Shown here: positions 1 through 5,242 of the stretch, piece by piece
How positions within the stretch are numbered: position 1 is the stretch's first letter
How the letters are laid out: each line of letters begins with the position of its first letter
IMG/VR virus record: IMGVR_UViG_3300045988_002368
Location: 1-5,730 of that record
DNA from: a virus
Length of the DNA stretch: 5,730 nucleotides
Direction: 5' to 3' (one strand)
Notes under the pieces: model-generated
Databases searched by the model: none
Told to the model about the DNA's origin: nothing
Seen by the model: the letters and a program-made list of their open reading frames with translations, nothing else
Translations under genes and position numbers: made by a program

Positions 1-55
1 CCTTTGTCTTGCATTGTTCCATAAAATCTGTGTTTTCGTACTTTAGCCGGTTTTC
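1..55. repeat. Terminal redundancy, copy 1 (identical to 5676..5730). It marks the closure of a circular genome.
   Basis: A base-by-base comparison of cctttgtcttgcattgttccataaaatctgtgttttcgtactttagccggttttc at both ends shows an exact 55-nt match. Confidence 0.95.
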
Positions 56-976
56 CGCGATTGCCGCTGTTTGTCTGTTTTGCTTAATTCTCCACAATCT
101 TTGTGGATTTTCCGCTTCCATCATTTTTTCGTAATAACGTGGAATTTGTGCGTGTTTGCCGTTTGTACATTGGATGTATCCTTGTCTCCAGATTTCTGCT
201 TTGTGCTCTTGATAGTAGTGGTCTCCTAAGCCCGGCTTAAGGCTCATACATGCAAAAGGCTTTTGTTGCCCTAGTTCGTAGTATGCGTTTGCCTTCTGGC
301 CGTCTATCTCGTACATTTTTTTGGTAACGTATCCTGCAACATATCTATATGTCTCTGGTACTGCTTGTGCTATTTGTATTTGACCCATGCCCCATAGGTT
401 TGCTAGCCATTCACTTGTGAAATATCCGTTGTGTTGTATCTTGTATAGGTGCTTCAAATCTGTTGGTTGCCATCCGTATAGTATCATATGATAGTGCGGT
501 CTTGCTGTTTGTTCTCCGTACTCTCCCGCCACAAAATAGCGTAATTTGCCCCTGTAAGCTTTTCTAAGGCGTTTTAAGAATTTTTGAACATCAGTATACA
601 GCAAAGTTTGGACGCTTTCAGGACTCTCCTCTCCCGGTTTCCAGGCGTATTGTACTTTTCGCATGATTTCGCCTGTGTTTACTATCATGCCCGGTACATG
701 GTCGTCGTCGTAGGTCAATGTTATAAACCAAACTTCTTCTCTTGGATAGTCTCGTGCTTCTAATTCTATTCTTGTTGTCCAGTCCTCTCTTTGTCTGATT
801 CTGCATCCTATACATTGCCCGCATGGTATCAACATGACATCTTTTCTATACATCAAATCTTCATACTTGAGCTGTTTCCCGCTTATTTCAGAAAAACGGG
901 AGAGTGAATACACCCTCCCGCTGATGTTTTTGTTTTTCGGGTTGTACAGCCTTATTAATGGCTTGTAACAACTCAT
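1..976 (-). CDS. Replication initiation protein (Microviridae VP4 / phiX174 gpA-like HUH rolling-circle endonuclease). This is the N-terminal 325 codons plus 1 nt. The ORF runs off the window start and continues on the circle at 5675..5632, giving 339 aa in total.
   Basis: Hand translation of the minus strand from ATG 976..974 gives MSCYKPLIRLYNPKNKNISGRVYSLSRFSEISGKQLKYEDLMYRKDVMLIPCGQCIGCRIRQREDWTTRIELEARDYPREEVWFITLTYDDDHVPG... with no stop down to position 1. RCR motif I is FITLTY (727..710). The HUH motif is RPHYHMILYG (HYH at 496..488). The double-tyrosine motif is YVAGYVTKK (343..317), compared with phiX174 gpA YVAKYVNK from memory. The PCGQCIGCR cysteine cluster is typical of gokushovirus VP4. 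The ATG overlaps the VP2 stop as ATGA (976..973). The ORF is missing from the supplied track, probably because it is open at the window edge. Confidence 0.9.
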   Translation of the reverse strand, partial: MSCYKPLIRLYNPKNKNISGRVYSLSRFSEISGKQLKYEDLMYRKDVMLIPCGQCIGCRIRQREDWTTRIELEARDYPREEVWFITLTYDDDHVPGMIVNTGEIMRKVQYAWKPGEESPESVQTLLYTDVQKFLKRLRKAYRGKLRYFVAGEYGEQTARPHYHMILYGWQPTDLKHLYKIQHNGYFTSEWLANLWGMGQIQIAQAVPETYRYVAGYVTKKMYEIDGQKANAYYELGQQKPFACMSLKPGLGDHYYQEHKAEIWRQGYIQCTNGKHAQIPRYYEKMMEAENPQRLWRIKQNRQTAAIAENRLKYENTDFMEQCKTK

Positions 977-1866
977 CTTAAATAATCACCTGGCTTTCGT
1001 TTTTCTCCGTATGTTCCAGTTTTGTCTTGTGGTTTTATTGCTCTGCTCTCGCCCGTTTTTGACTTTTTCGTTTCGCCACCGCCGGTTGCTTTCGGTACGG
1101 TTGCTTCTGTCTTTTCCATGGCTTTGTACGTTTTTAACAGGTCATCTACAAGTGCTTTTGGAGTGCTGTGACTTGTGCTTAGCTGACTTCCAACGGCTTC
1201 TGCAAGCTGATACCATTGTGAGTTGCTTTCCGACCGGCTGAAATAGCTTGTTGGCACGTTGCCATTCATTGTTGATACGCCTAGTGCGCTTGATGATGGC
1301 ATTCCCATGCTTGCGCCTGTAATTGTTGCTCCTGAGCCTCCTGGTGTGCTTGCTCCTCCGTTTGCGAATGCTAAAATAGGATTTAGTCCTGCTTTTCGCA
1401 TATCTTCCACGGCGCGTTGGTAGCTTGTATTGCTCATGCGCTCTTGGAAGTTTCTGTTTGCTAGCGCTTCGGCGCTGTTATAGTTCATTGCCGCATTTTG
1501 TTCGATGTGGTTATAGATTCCCTGTTGGATTGCTCCTAACGTGTTGTAACCCATCTGCATTAGCATGTTTTGGCGATTTGTTTTGCTTTGAAATGCGTTT
1601 TGCCCACCTTGCCAGCTGTAAAAACGGTCTAGATATTCCATGATTTTTTCGTCGTTTGTGCCGCCTTCACTGCTTGAACTGCTTATTCCACCGCCTTGAC
1701 TTTGACTTTGATTCCATCCTTGGCTTTGGCTGTCTGAGGTTTGTCCGAATTGGCTTGCTAGCCCTTTTCCTGCTAGCGTTAATGCGCTTGTTACTACTTG
1801 TGGATTGTTTGCGAGCCAGCTTCCAACGGCTTTTGCTCCTGCTCCTAGTGTTCCTAGTATCGACAT
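973..1866 (-). CDS. Minor capsid / DNA pilot protein (gokushovirus VP2-like, functional analogue of phiX174 H), 297 aa.
   Basis: The ORF is in the supplied track. It sits immediately after the major capsid gene. It has a Gly/Ala-rich hydrophobic N-terminus (MSILGTLGAGAKAVGSWLANN), and the segment SYQRAVEDMRKAGLNPILA contains the AGLNP-type motif I associate with microvirus VP2/pilot proteins. Its stop overlaps the Rep ATG. Confidence 0.8.
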   Translation of the reverse strand: MSILGTLGAGAKAVGSWLANNPQVVTSALTLAGKGLASQFGQTSDSQSQGWNQSQSQGGGISSSSSEGGTNDEKIMEYLDRFYSWQGGQNAFQSKTNRQNMLMQMGYNTLGAIQQGIYNHIEQNAAMNYNSAEALANRNFQERMSNTSYQRAVEDMRKAGLNPILAFANGGASTPGGSGATITGASMGMPSSSALGVSTMNGNVPTSYFSRSESNSQWYQLAEAVGSQLSTSHSTPKALVDDLLKTYKAMEKTEATVPKATGGGETKKSKTGESRAIKPQDKTGTYGEKRKPGDYLR

Positions 1867-1867
1867 T

Positions 1868-1894
1868 CAAAAATAGCCCGGATTTCTCCGGGCT
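1868..1894 (-). terminator. Intrinsic terminator / attenuator-like hairpin between VP1 and VP2.
   Basis: The minus strand reads AGCCCGGA-GAAA-TCCGGGCT (1894..1875), an 8-bp G+C-rich stem with a GNRA-type tetraloop. It is followed directly by ATTTTTG (1874..1868) and then the VP2 ATG (1866). Confidence 0.6.
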
Positions 1895-1904
1895 TCCTCC
1901 TTTC

Positions 1905-3554
1905 TTACAGTTTGTACAAGCCCGGTACACTGTATAGCGGCATCCGTCTTGTGGTTTTGTTTGCTACTCGGATTGCACCGAAAAATTGGGGCTCGTTTTG
2001 TACGATTAACGTTCTTGCGATTTCTGCTTTTCCTTCTGCCATCCAGCTTTGTGACAGTGTTGGCACGGCCGAATAGTTGTCGGCGTAATGCCAAAAATCC
2101 AGACTTCCGGTTGCATTGCTTCGCATTTTGCCCGATACTCGGTTAGGCTTCATTCTATAGTCTGCCCAAGCTTCCTGATAGCCAAACGTTTCCTCGTCTT
2201 CTGCCGTGCCGGTAAGCATGATTTCTTTTTTCTTTACTGGTTGTTCTCCCAAGTTGGCAAATTGTGGTACATAGTAGTCCAATCTGTCTTCTCTGCTCCA
2301 GAAACGTTCCAAGCCTTGTTGGTAACTGTGATTGTGTCGCACACAGCACACACCAATGATAAAACCGTGTTCTTCAAACGATTTGGTAAAGCTACTTTCG
2401 TTGATTGGTGTTACTGACATTGCACCGGTTTCACCAATCGGTGTATCCGTGTCGGTCTGTTGTCCGCTTGTCTGCACGATTTGATTCATATTTACATGGT
2501 ATCTTCCACCGCCAAGGTATTCCGGCACCTGTACGGTTTTGTCGCTGATTACCACGTTCCATAGTGCCTGTACCTGTTCGCGGTAACGGCTACCGCCTCT
2601 TGCGAGTGCCTCATAATACTGCTGTACTGCTACGGCTTTTCTTAGATCGTTGATTGTTGCTGTCGTTACGCTGCCGAGATCTGTGCCGAGATATGCTGTT
2701 TCTGCCCCTTGGATTCCGCTACTTGCTACTATTGCCGGTCTTTTTCCGGTTGTTTCTGTCGTATTGTAAATTTCTCCGTTCTGGTATAGTTTAATTGTGC
2801 CTGCCGCGGCCTTTTCGTTGGTCAGTTCGATGTTTTCATACAGTTTCACTGCCGCATTACCTTCCATCGGCAGTGACACAGCCGGCCCGCGTTGCGGATA
2901 AGGCAAACAGCTTGAGAAGTAGTCGTGGAAACGGTTTACCGGAAGACATCGCCCTCCGTTGATTGCGTTCTTCAGGTTCTCTTCAATTTTATTTTCATCT
3001 TGTGTGTCTTGGTAATTTATGTCTTCGCTGTTATTTTTCCACACTGCCGCATTGTCTACATTTTCGTCTCTGAAAAATTCATTCCAAATCATGACATAAG
3101 CGCGAATTGGCAAGGCGTTTACTGTAAAAGTTGCTTTTACTTTTGTTGGTACGCCCATGTAGTCTAGGATTGATGCTTCGTATGGATATCCGTTTTTTTC
3201 CGTTCCGTTTATTTTTATTTTTGGTACTTTGTAATTTTTTGTTGGCATCCATGGAGTACTCTCAACTTCTCCCATGAACTGTTTGAAATCACTCCACAGG
3301 ATACGGTTTGGACAATAGAAATAGTAGAAATCGATGAACGCGTCATCGAAAACAGGATATTTGGGTGTCGTCATTCTGATGATTGCCGCTGTGTCTACGT
3401 TGAAGGTATCGCCCGGCAATACTTCGTCAACATAGAACGGAATCAGTTTGCCGGAATCGAACGTTGTTAAAATCGTCTGGTCACGGTTAAAACGTGTTCG
3501 ACTTGCTTTCATTTCCGGAATCTGGTTAAAGTGTCGTTCATTGTTTCTGTTCAT
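1905..3554 (-). CDS. Major capsid protein (Microviridae VP1 / phiX174 F family), 549 aa.
   Basis: This is the longest ORF. The N-terminus MNRNNERHFNQIPEMKASRTRFNRDQTILTTFDSGKLIPFYVDEVLPGDTF matches the conserved gokushovirus VP1 N-terminal pattern (basic stretch, R-x-x-F, TTF-x-x-G-x-LIP, PGDTF). A Shine-Dalgarno sequence GGAGGAAGAGAATAA precedes the ATG, which abuts the VP3 stop. Confidence 0.95.
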   Translation of the reverse strand: MNRNNERHFNQIPEMKASRTRFNRDQTILTTFDSGKLIPFYVDEVLPGDTFNVDTAAIIRMTTPKYPVFDDAFIDFYYFYCPNRILWSDFKQFMGEVESTPWMPTKNYKVPKIKINGTEKNGYPYEASILDYMGVPTKVKATFTVNALPIRAYVMIWNEFFRDENVDNAAVWKNNSEDINYQDTQDENKIEENLKNAINGGRCLPVNRFHDYFSSCLPYPQRGPAVSLPMEGNAAVKLYENIELTNEKAAAGTIKLYQNGEIYNTTETTGKRPAIVASSGIQGAETAYLGTDLGSVTTATINDLRKAVAVQQYYEALARGGSRYREQVQALWNVVISDKTVQVPEYLGGGRYHVNMNQIVQTSGQQTDTDTPIGETGAMSVTPINESSFTKSFEEHGFIIGVCCVRHNHSYQQGLERFWSREDRLDYYVPQFANLGEQPVKKKEIMLTGTAEDEETFGYQEAWADYRMKPNRVSGKMRSNATGSLDFWHYADNYSAVPTLSQSWMAEGKAEIARTLIVQNEPQFFGAIRVANKTTRRMPLYSVPGLYKL

Positions 3555-3995
3555 TTATTCTCTTCCTCCTTCTTTTTCTTTTTTTGTTCCGGTTTCATAT
3601 GCCGCTTGCTGGTCATATTCTTTTTTGTATTTGCTTTCTTCTTCTTCTGCTTTTTTCAGTTCTTCAAGTTTCATGGCGTTTGCCTGTGCGGTCGCAATCA
3701 TACGATAATATTCGTGAATGTTTTGCGGAAATTCGGTGATATCTACTTCTGTTCCTTCCATTGCTCCTTCTGACAGACTTTTTAGAAATTGCGGGTCAAA
3801 GCTTGCTTTTCGGACAATGTTTTTGATATCACATTCGTCTGCATAACTTTCAATTTCTTGCTGGATGTCAATTGGTGTTGTTTCTTGTAAGACTTCGTCT
3901 CCTTTATCGTCTTTTGTCCAGACGTATTGTTTTTGGATTTTTTCTCCTGATTCAGAAAAGAAGGGCTTTCGCCCTTCCTCATATCGTTTATTCAT
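3555..3995 (-). CDS. Internal scaffolding protein (gokushovirus VP3-like), 146 aa. The start is moved to ATG 3995..3993.
   Basis: Translation gives MNKRYEEGRKPFFSESGEKIQKQYVWTKDDKGDEVLQETTPIDIQQEIESYADECDIKNIVRK... The ECDI-x-NI segment and the acidic, coiled-coil C-terminus fit the Chlamydia-phage VP3 scaffold family as I recall it. The sequence GGGAGGG (4009..4003) lies about 8 nt upstream of this ATG. The longer 182-aa reading in the track would overlap the upstream gene and has no ribosome-binding site. Confidence 0.75.
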   Translation of the reverse strand: MNKRYEEGRKPFFSESGEKIQKQYVWTKDDKGDEVLQETTPIDIQQEIESYADECDIKNIVRKASFDPQFLKSLSEGAMEGTEVDITEFPQNIHEYYRMIATAQANAMKLEELKKAEEEESKYKKEYDQQAAYETGTKKEKEGGRE

Positions 3996-4227
3996 TCGGC
4001 TTGCCCTCCCATACCTTTTCGGTATTATTTGTGAATGTGCCGAGTTCATCTTCAAACACTGCCAGTTTAAAGCCGGTGTAGTCGCCCGGTGCCTGTCCGA
4101 CAAACGTTTTTTCGTCCTTTGCCATCACATTACACATACGTGCGAACGTTGCGTTGTTTTTGCTCTCGCCTACCCATGCGTAGCACTTTGCCACGCTATC
4201 CCACAGGCCAAAGTATTCATGTTTCAT
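3988..4227 (-). CDS. Small conserved-looking non-structural protein, 79 aa (possibly ORF5/VP5-type). Function unknown.
   Basis: An AAGGAGA Shine-Dalgarno sequence lies upstream of ATG 4227. The stop (3990..3988) overlaps the VP3 start by 8 nt. The pattern YFGLWDSVAKCYAWVGESKNNATFARMCNVMAKDE...PGDYTGFKLAVFEDELGTF resembles the F-x-V-x-D-x-K-A...A-x-R-x-F...P-x-D-y-x-L...G-x-F-D small-protein family common in gokushoviruses. This is from memory and was not searched. Confidence 0.65.
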   Translation of the reverse strand: MKHEYFGLWDSVAKCYAWVGESKNNATFARMCNVMAKDEKTFVGQAPGDYTGFKLAVFEDELGTFTNNTEKVWEGKPNE

Positions 4228-4246
4228 GATATTTGTTCTCCTTTTT

Positions 4247-4369
4247 TTACAGGCGGATGCCGCCTCTCATAGGCTTCTGACTGAGGTTGATTGTTTTGGT
4301 TTTTCGTGCGGTTACGTTGAACATGCGGCGGTCTTTTCCGCCGCTCATCTTCTTACGATGCTGTGCCAT
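4247..4369 (-). CDS. Small basic DNA-binding / packaging protein (gokushovirus ORF8/VP8-like, analogue of phiX174 J), 40 aa. It is not in the supplied ORF track.
   Basis: Hand translation gives MAQHRKKMSGGKDRRMFNVTARKTKTINLSQKPMRGGIRL*. It has 12 K/R residues and 1 acidic residue in 40. The C-terminal MRGGIRL matches what I recall for chlamydiaphage ORF8-type peptides. GGAG (4380..4377) lies 7 nt upstream of ATG 4369..4367. The gene overlaps the upstream ORF end by 17 nt. The TAA stop is at 4249..4247. Confidence 0.75.
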   Translation of the reverse strand: MAQHRKKMSGGKDRRMFNVTARKTKTINLSQKPMRGGIRL

Positions 4370-4580
4370 TGTTATACTCCCTTCGCATTAGTTCCATTTC
4401 GATGCTGTTTGCAAAACTTTTCATTTGCCAAATTTCATCCATGAGCTTTTTAGCATCTTCAATGTTTGACACTTTTTTAACCATTTTGTAATTGCCATCG
4501 ATTTCTTTGTATTTTCGTTCGAGTAGTTTTTCTAGTTCTTCTTTGGGCTCATCACGTACATTCCATGTTTTTTGCATCAT
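4353..4580 (-). CDS. Hypothetical protein, 75 aa, highly charged and predicted helical (ORFan).
   Basis: Translation gives MMQKTWNVRDEPKEELEKLLERKYKEIDGNYKMVKKVSNIEDAKKLMDEIWQMKSFANSIEMELMRREYNNGTAS. An AAAGGAG Shine-Dalgarno sequence lies 7 nt upstream of ATGATG (4580..4575). It sits 4 nt after the preceding stop, and the gene packing is consistent with real coding. I recognise no family motif. Confidence 0.55.
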   Translation of the reverse strand: MMQKTWNVRDEPKEELEKLLERKYKEIDGNYKMVKKVSNIEDAKKLMDEIWQMKSFANSIEMELMRREYNNGTAS

Positions 4581-4584
4581 AGCT

Positions 4585-4701
4585 TTACTCCTTTTCATTG
4601 TTGCTATCGTGCAGTGCGTGGTAGATTTCGTCAAGCTTTTCGAGAATCTTCATCATAAGTTGGATTGCTTGCTTGACGTCTTTAATGGAAATCAGTGCCA
4701 T
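4585..4701 (-). CDS. Hypothetical micro-protein, 38 aa, single amphipathic helix (ORFan).
   Basis: Translation gives MALISIKDVKQAIQLMMKILEKLDEIYHALHDSNNEKE. The sequence AAAGGGGG lies 6 nt upstream of ATG 4701..4699. That ATG is 1 nt after the peptidase TAA (4705..4703). The longer 69-aa reading in the track overlaps the peptidase out of frame and lacks a ribosome-binding site. Confidence 0.45.
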   Translation of the reverse strand: MALISIKDVKQAIQLMMKILEKLDEIYHALHDSNNEKE

Positions 4702-4702
4702 T

Positions 4703-5095
4703 TTATACCCCCTTTCTGTATTTCGCTTTACGCACATCAAAGTGCACCCAGCTTTTGTATACGATAATGCCGCATTCATCCGGTACAATTTCATTCAGCT
4801 TGTTGGCAAGTTCTTTTGCGCTTATTCCATTAACTCGAATGTCTGCCGCCATACCGCGCATGTGGTAGCTGTATTTTGCTCCGTTGCATTTTTTGTTCCA
4901 CTCCGGCGTCCTGTATCCGCTAGTGATAACTACCGGCTTTCCTAGTTTATTTCGTAGAATGTCCAGGATGGTGTATAAGTATTCGTCAATGAAAACTATT
5001 GGACTTCCGTCTTTACAAGCAAATTCTTTTACTTTGAAGTGTCTTGTAAGCTGTATGTTTCCGTCAGTGTCTACAAGGTAGCTTTTAATGCTCAT
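4703..5095 (-). CDS. Zinc D-Ala-D-Ala carboxypeptidase-type peptidoglycan hydrolase (peptidase M15A / Peptidase_M15_3, YcbK-like fold), 130 aa. Putative endolysin.
   Basis: Translation gives MSIKSYLVDTDGNIQLTRHFKVKEFACKDGSPIVFIDEYLYTILDILRNKLGKPVVITSGYRTPEWNKKCNGAKYSYHMRGMAADIRVNG...SWVHFDVR. Family hallmarks are present: F-x-x-x-EF-x-C, SGYR, H-x6-D (H78 at 4864..4862, D85 at 4843..4841) and a terminal V-H-x-D (H118 at 4744..4742). This is a complete Zn-ligand triad. GAGGAA lies 6 nt upstream of ATG 5095..5093. The 148-aa version in the track starts at a TTG that is actually the promoter -35 box. Confidence 0.85.
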   Translation of the reverse strand: MSIKSYLVDTDGNIQLTRHFKVKEFACKDGSPIVFIDEYLYTILDILRNKLGKPVVITSGYRTPEWNKKCNGAKYSYHMRGMAADIRVNGISAKELANKLNEIVPDECGIIVYKSWVHFDVRKAKYRKGV

Positions 5096-5120
5096 GGCTG
5101 TTTCCTCGCTTTCTGTTTTA

Positions 5121-5167
5121 ATAATATCATTTTTTTTGTCGCTTGTCAATTGTTTTTTGGTTTGAAT
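5121..5167 (-). promoter_or_regulatory. Near-consensus sigma70/sigmaA promoter with an extended -10 and an A-rich UP-like element. It likely drives the whole gene block.
   Basis: The minus strand reads attcaaaccaaaaaaca-a-TTGACA-agcgacaaaaaaaa-TGa-TATTAT. The -35 TTGACA is at 5149..5144, the spacer is 17 nt, TG is at 5129..5128, and the -10 TATTAT is at 5126..5121. The predicted start site near 5114 gives a leader of about 19 nt carrying the peptidase Shine-Dalgarno sequence. Confidence 0.7.
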
Positions 5168-5242
5168 GGCGCTTTAGCGCCTTGCCGTGCGTAGCGTATG
5201 CGGAGCTCGGCTAATCCATTCCTTGTAAGCGCTGTGCGCGTT

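Noticed and set aside
88-107. An inverted repeat TCCACAA-tct-TTGTGGA with DnaA-box-like halves (TTCTCCACA) inside the Rep gene.
   Set aside because: The arms are only 7 bp, the match to the DnaA box is imperfect (8/9 and 7/9), and the sequence is fully coding (ENPQRLW). This is compatible with chance.
1667-1930. A highly basic 87-aa minus-strand ORF overlapping the VP1 end, the junction hairpin and the VP2 start, considered as a possible phiX174-style overlapping gene. Similar out-of-frame ORFs occur at 618..824, 1867..2094, 2155..2349 and 3782..3982.
   Set aside because: Lys/Arg/Ser-rich composition is what off-frame reading of this A-rich strand yields. There is no ribosome-binding site and no recognisable motif. 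It cannot be excluded without comparative frame-conservation analysis.
3531-3773. A very hydrophobic poly-Phe plus-strand ORF (80 aa) that could be taken for a holin or E-like membrane lysis protein.
   Set aside because: It is antisense to the Lys/Glu-rich VP3 C-terminus, so the hydrophobicity is a compositional mirror image. No promoter or ribosome-binding site is present on that strand.
3841-3871. A second TTGACA on the coding strand (3871..3866) inside VP3, considered as a possible internal promoter for VP1.
   Set aside because: The best -10 at 17-nt spacing is AGTTAT, which lacks the critical A at position 2. It is much weaker than the 5149 promoter.
3996-4103. The N-terminal extension of VP3 (182-aa version).
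   Set aside because: It overlaps the 79-aa gene in another frame and has no ribosome-binding site. ATG 3995 has a GGGAGGG Shine-Dalgarno sequence and gives a typical VP3 size.
4581-4794. The longer versions of the two small ORFs (93 aa from 4634 and 69 aa from 4794).
   Set aside because: The extensions overlap upstream genes out of frame and lack Shine-Dalgarno sequences. The shorter starts have Shine-Dalgarno sequences and stop-start coupling.
1011-5081. All plus-strand ORFs in the track (for example 1011..1241, 1656..1937, 2088..2417, 2925..3167, 3865..4272, 4673..4945).
   Set aside because: They are Phe/Leu/Cys-rich, low-complexity translations typical of the antisense of A-rich coding sequence. 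They lack Shine-Dalgarno sequences and are fully embedded opposite well-supported genes. Microviruses transcribe one strand only.
5096-5149. The N-terminal extension of the peptidase (148-aa version starting at 5149).
   Set aside because: The start is a TTG that forms the -35 TTGACA of the promoter, so the extension would lie upstream of the predicted transcription start. The internal ATG at 5095 has a proper GAGGAA Shine-Dalgarno sequence.
5168-5181. A small hairpin GGCGC-TTTA-GCGCC just upstream of the promoter.
   Set aside because: The stem is only 5 bp, no U-tract follows on either strand, and no function can be inferred. It is noted only as part of the G+C-rich left flank of the noncoding region.
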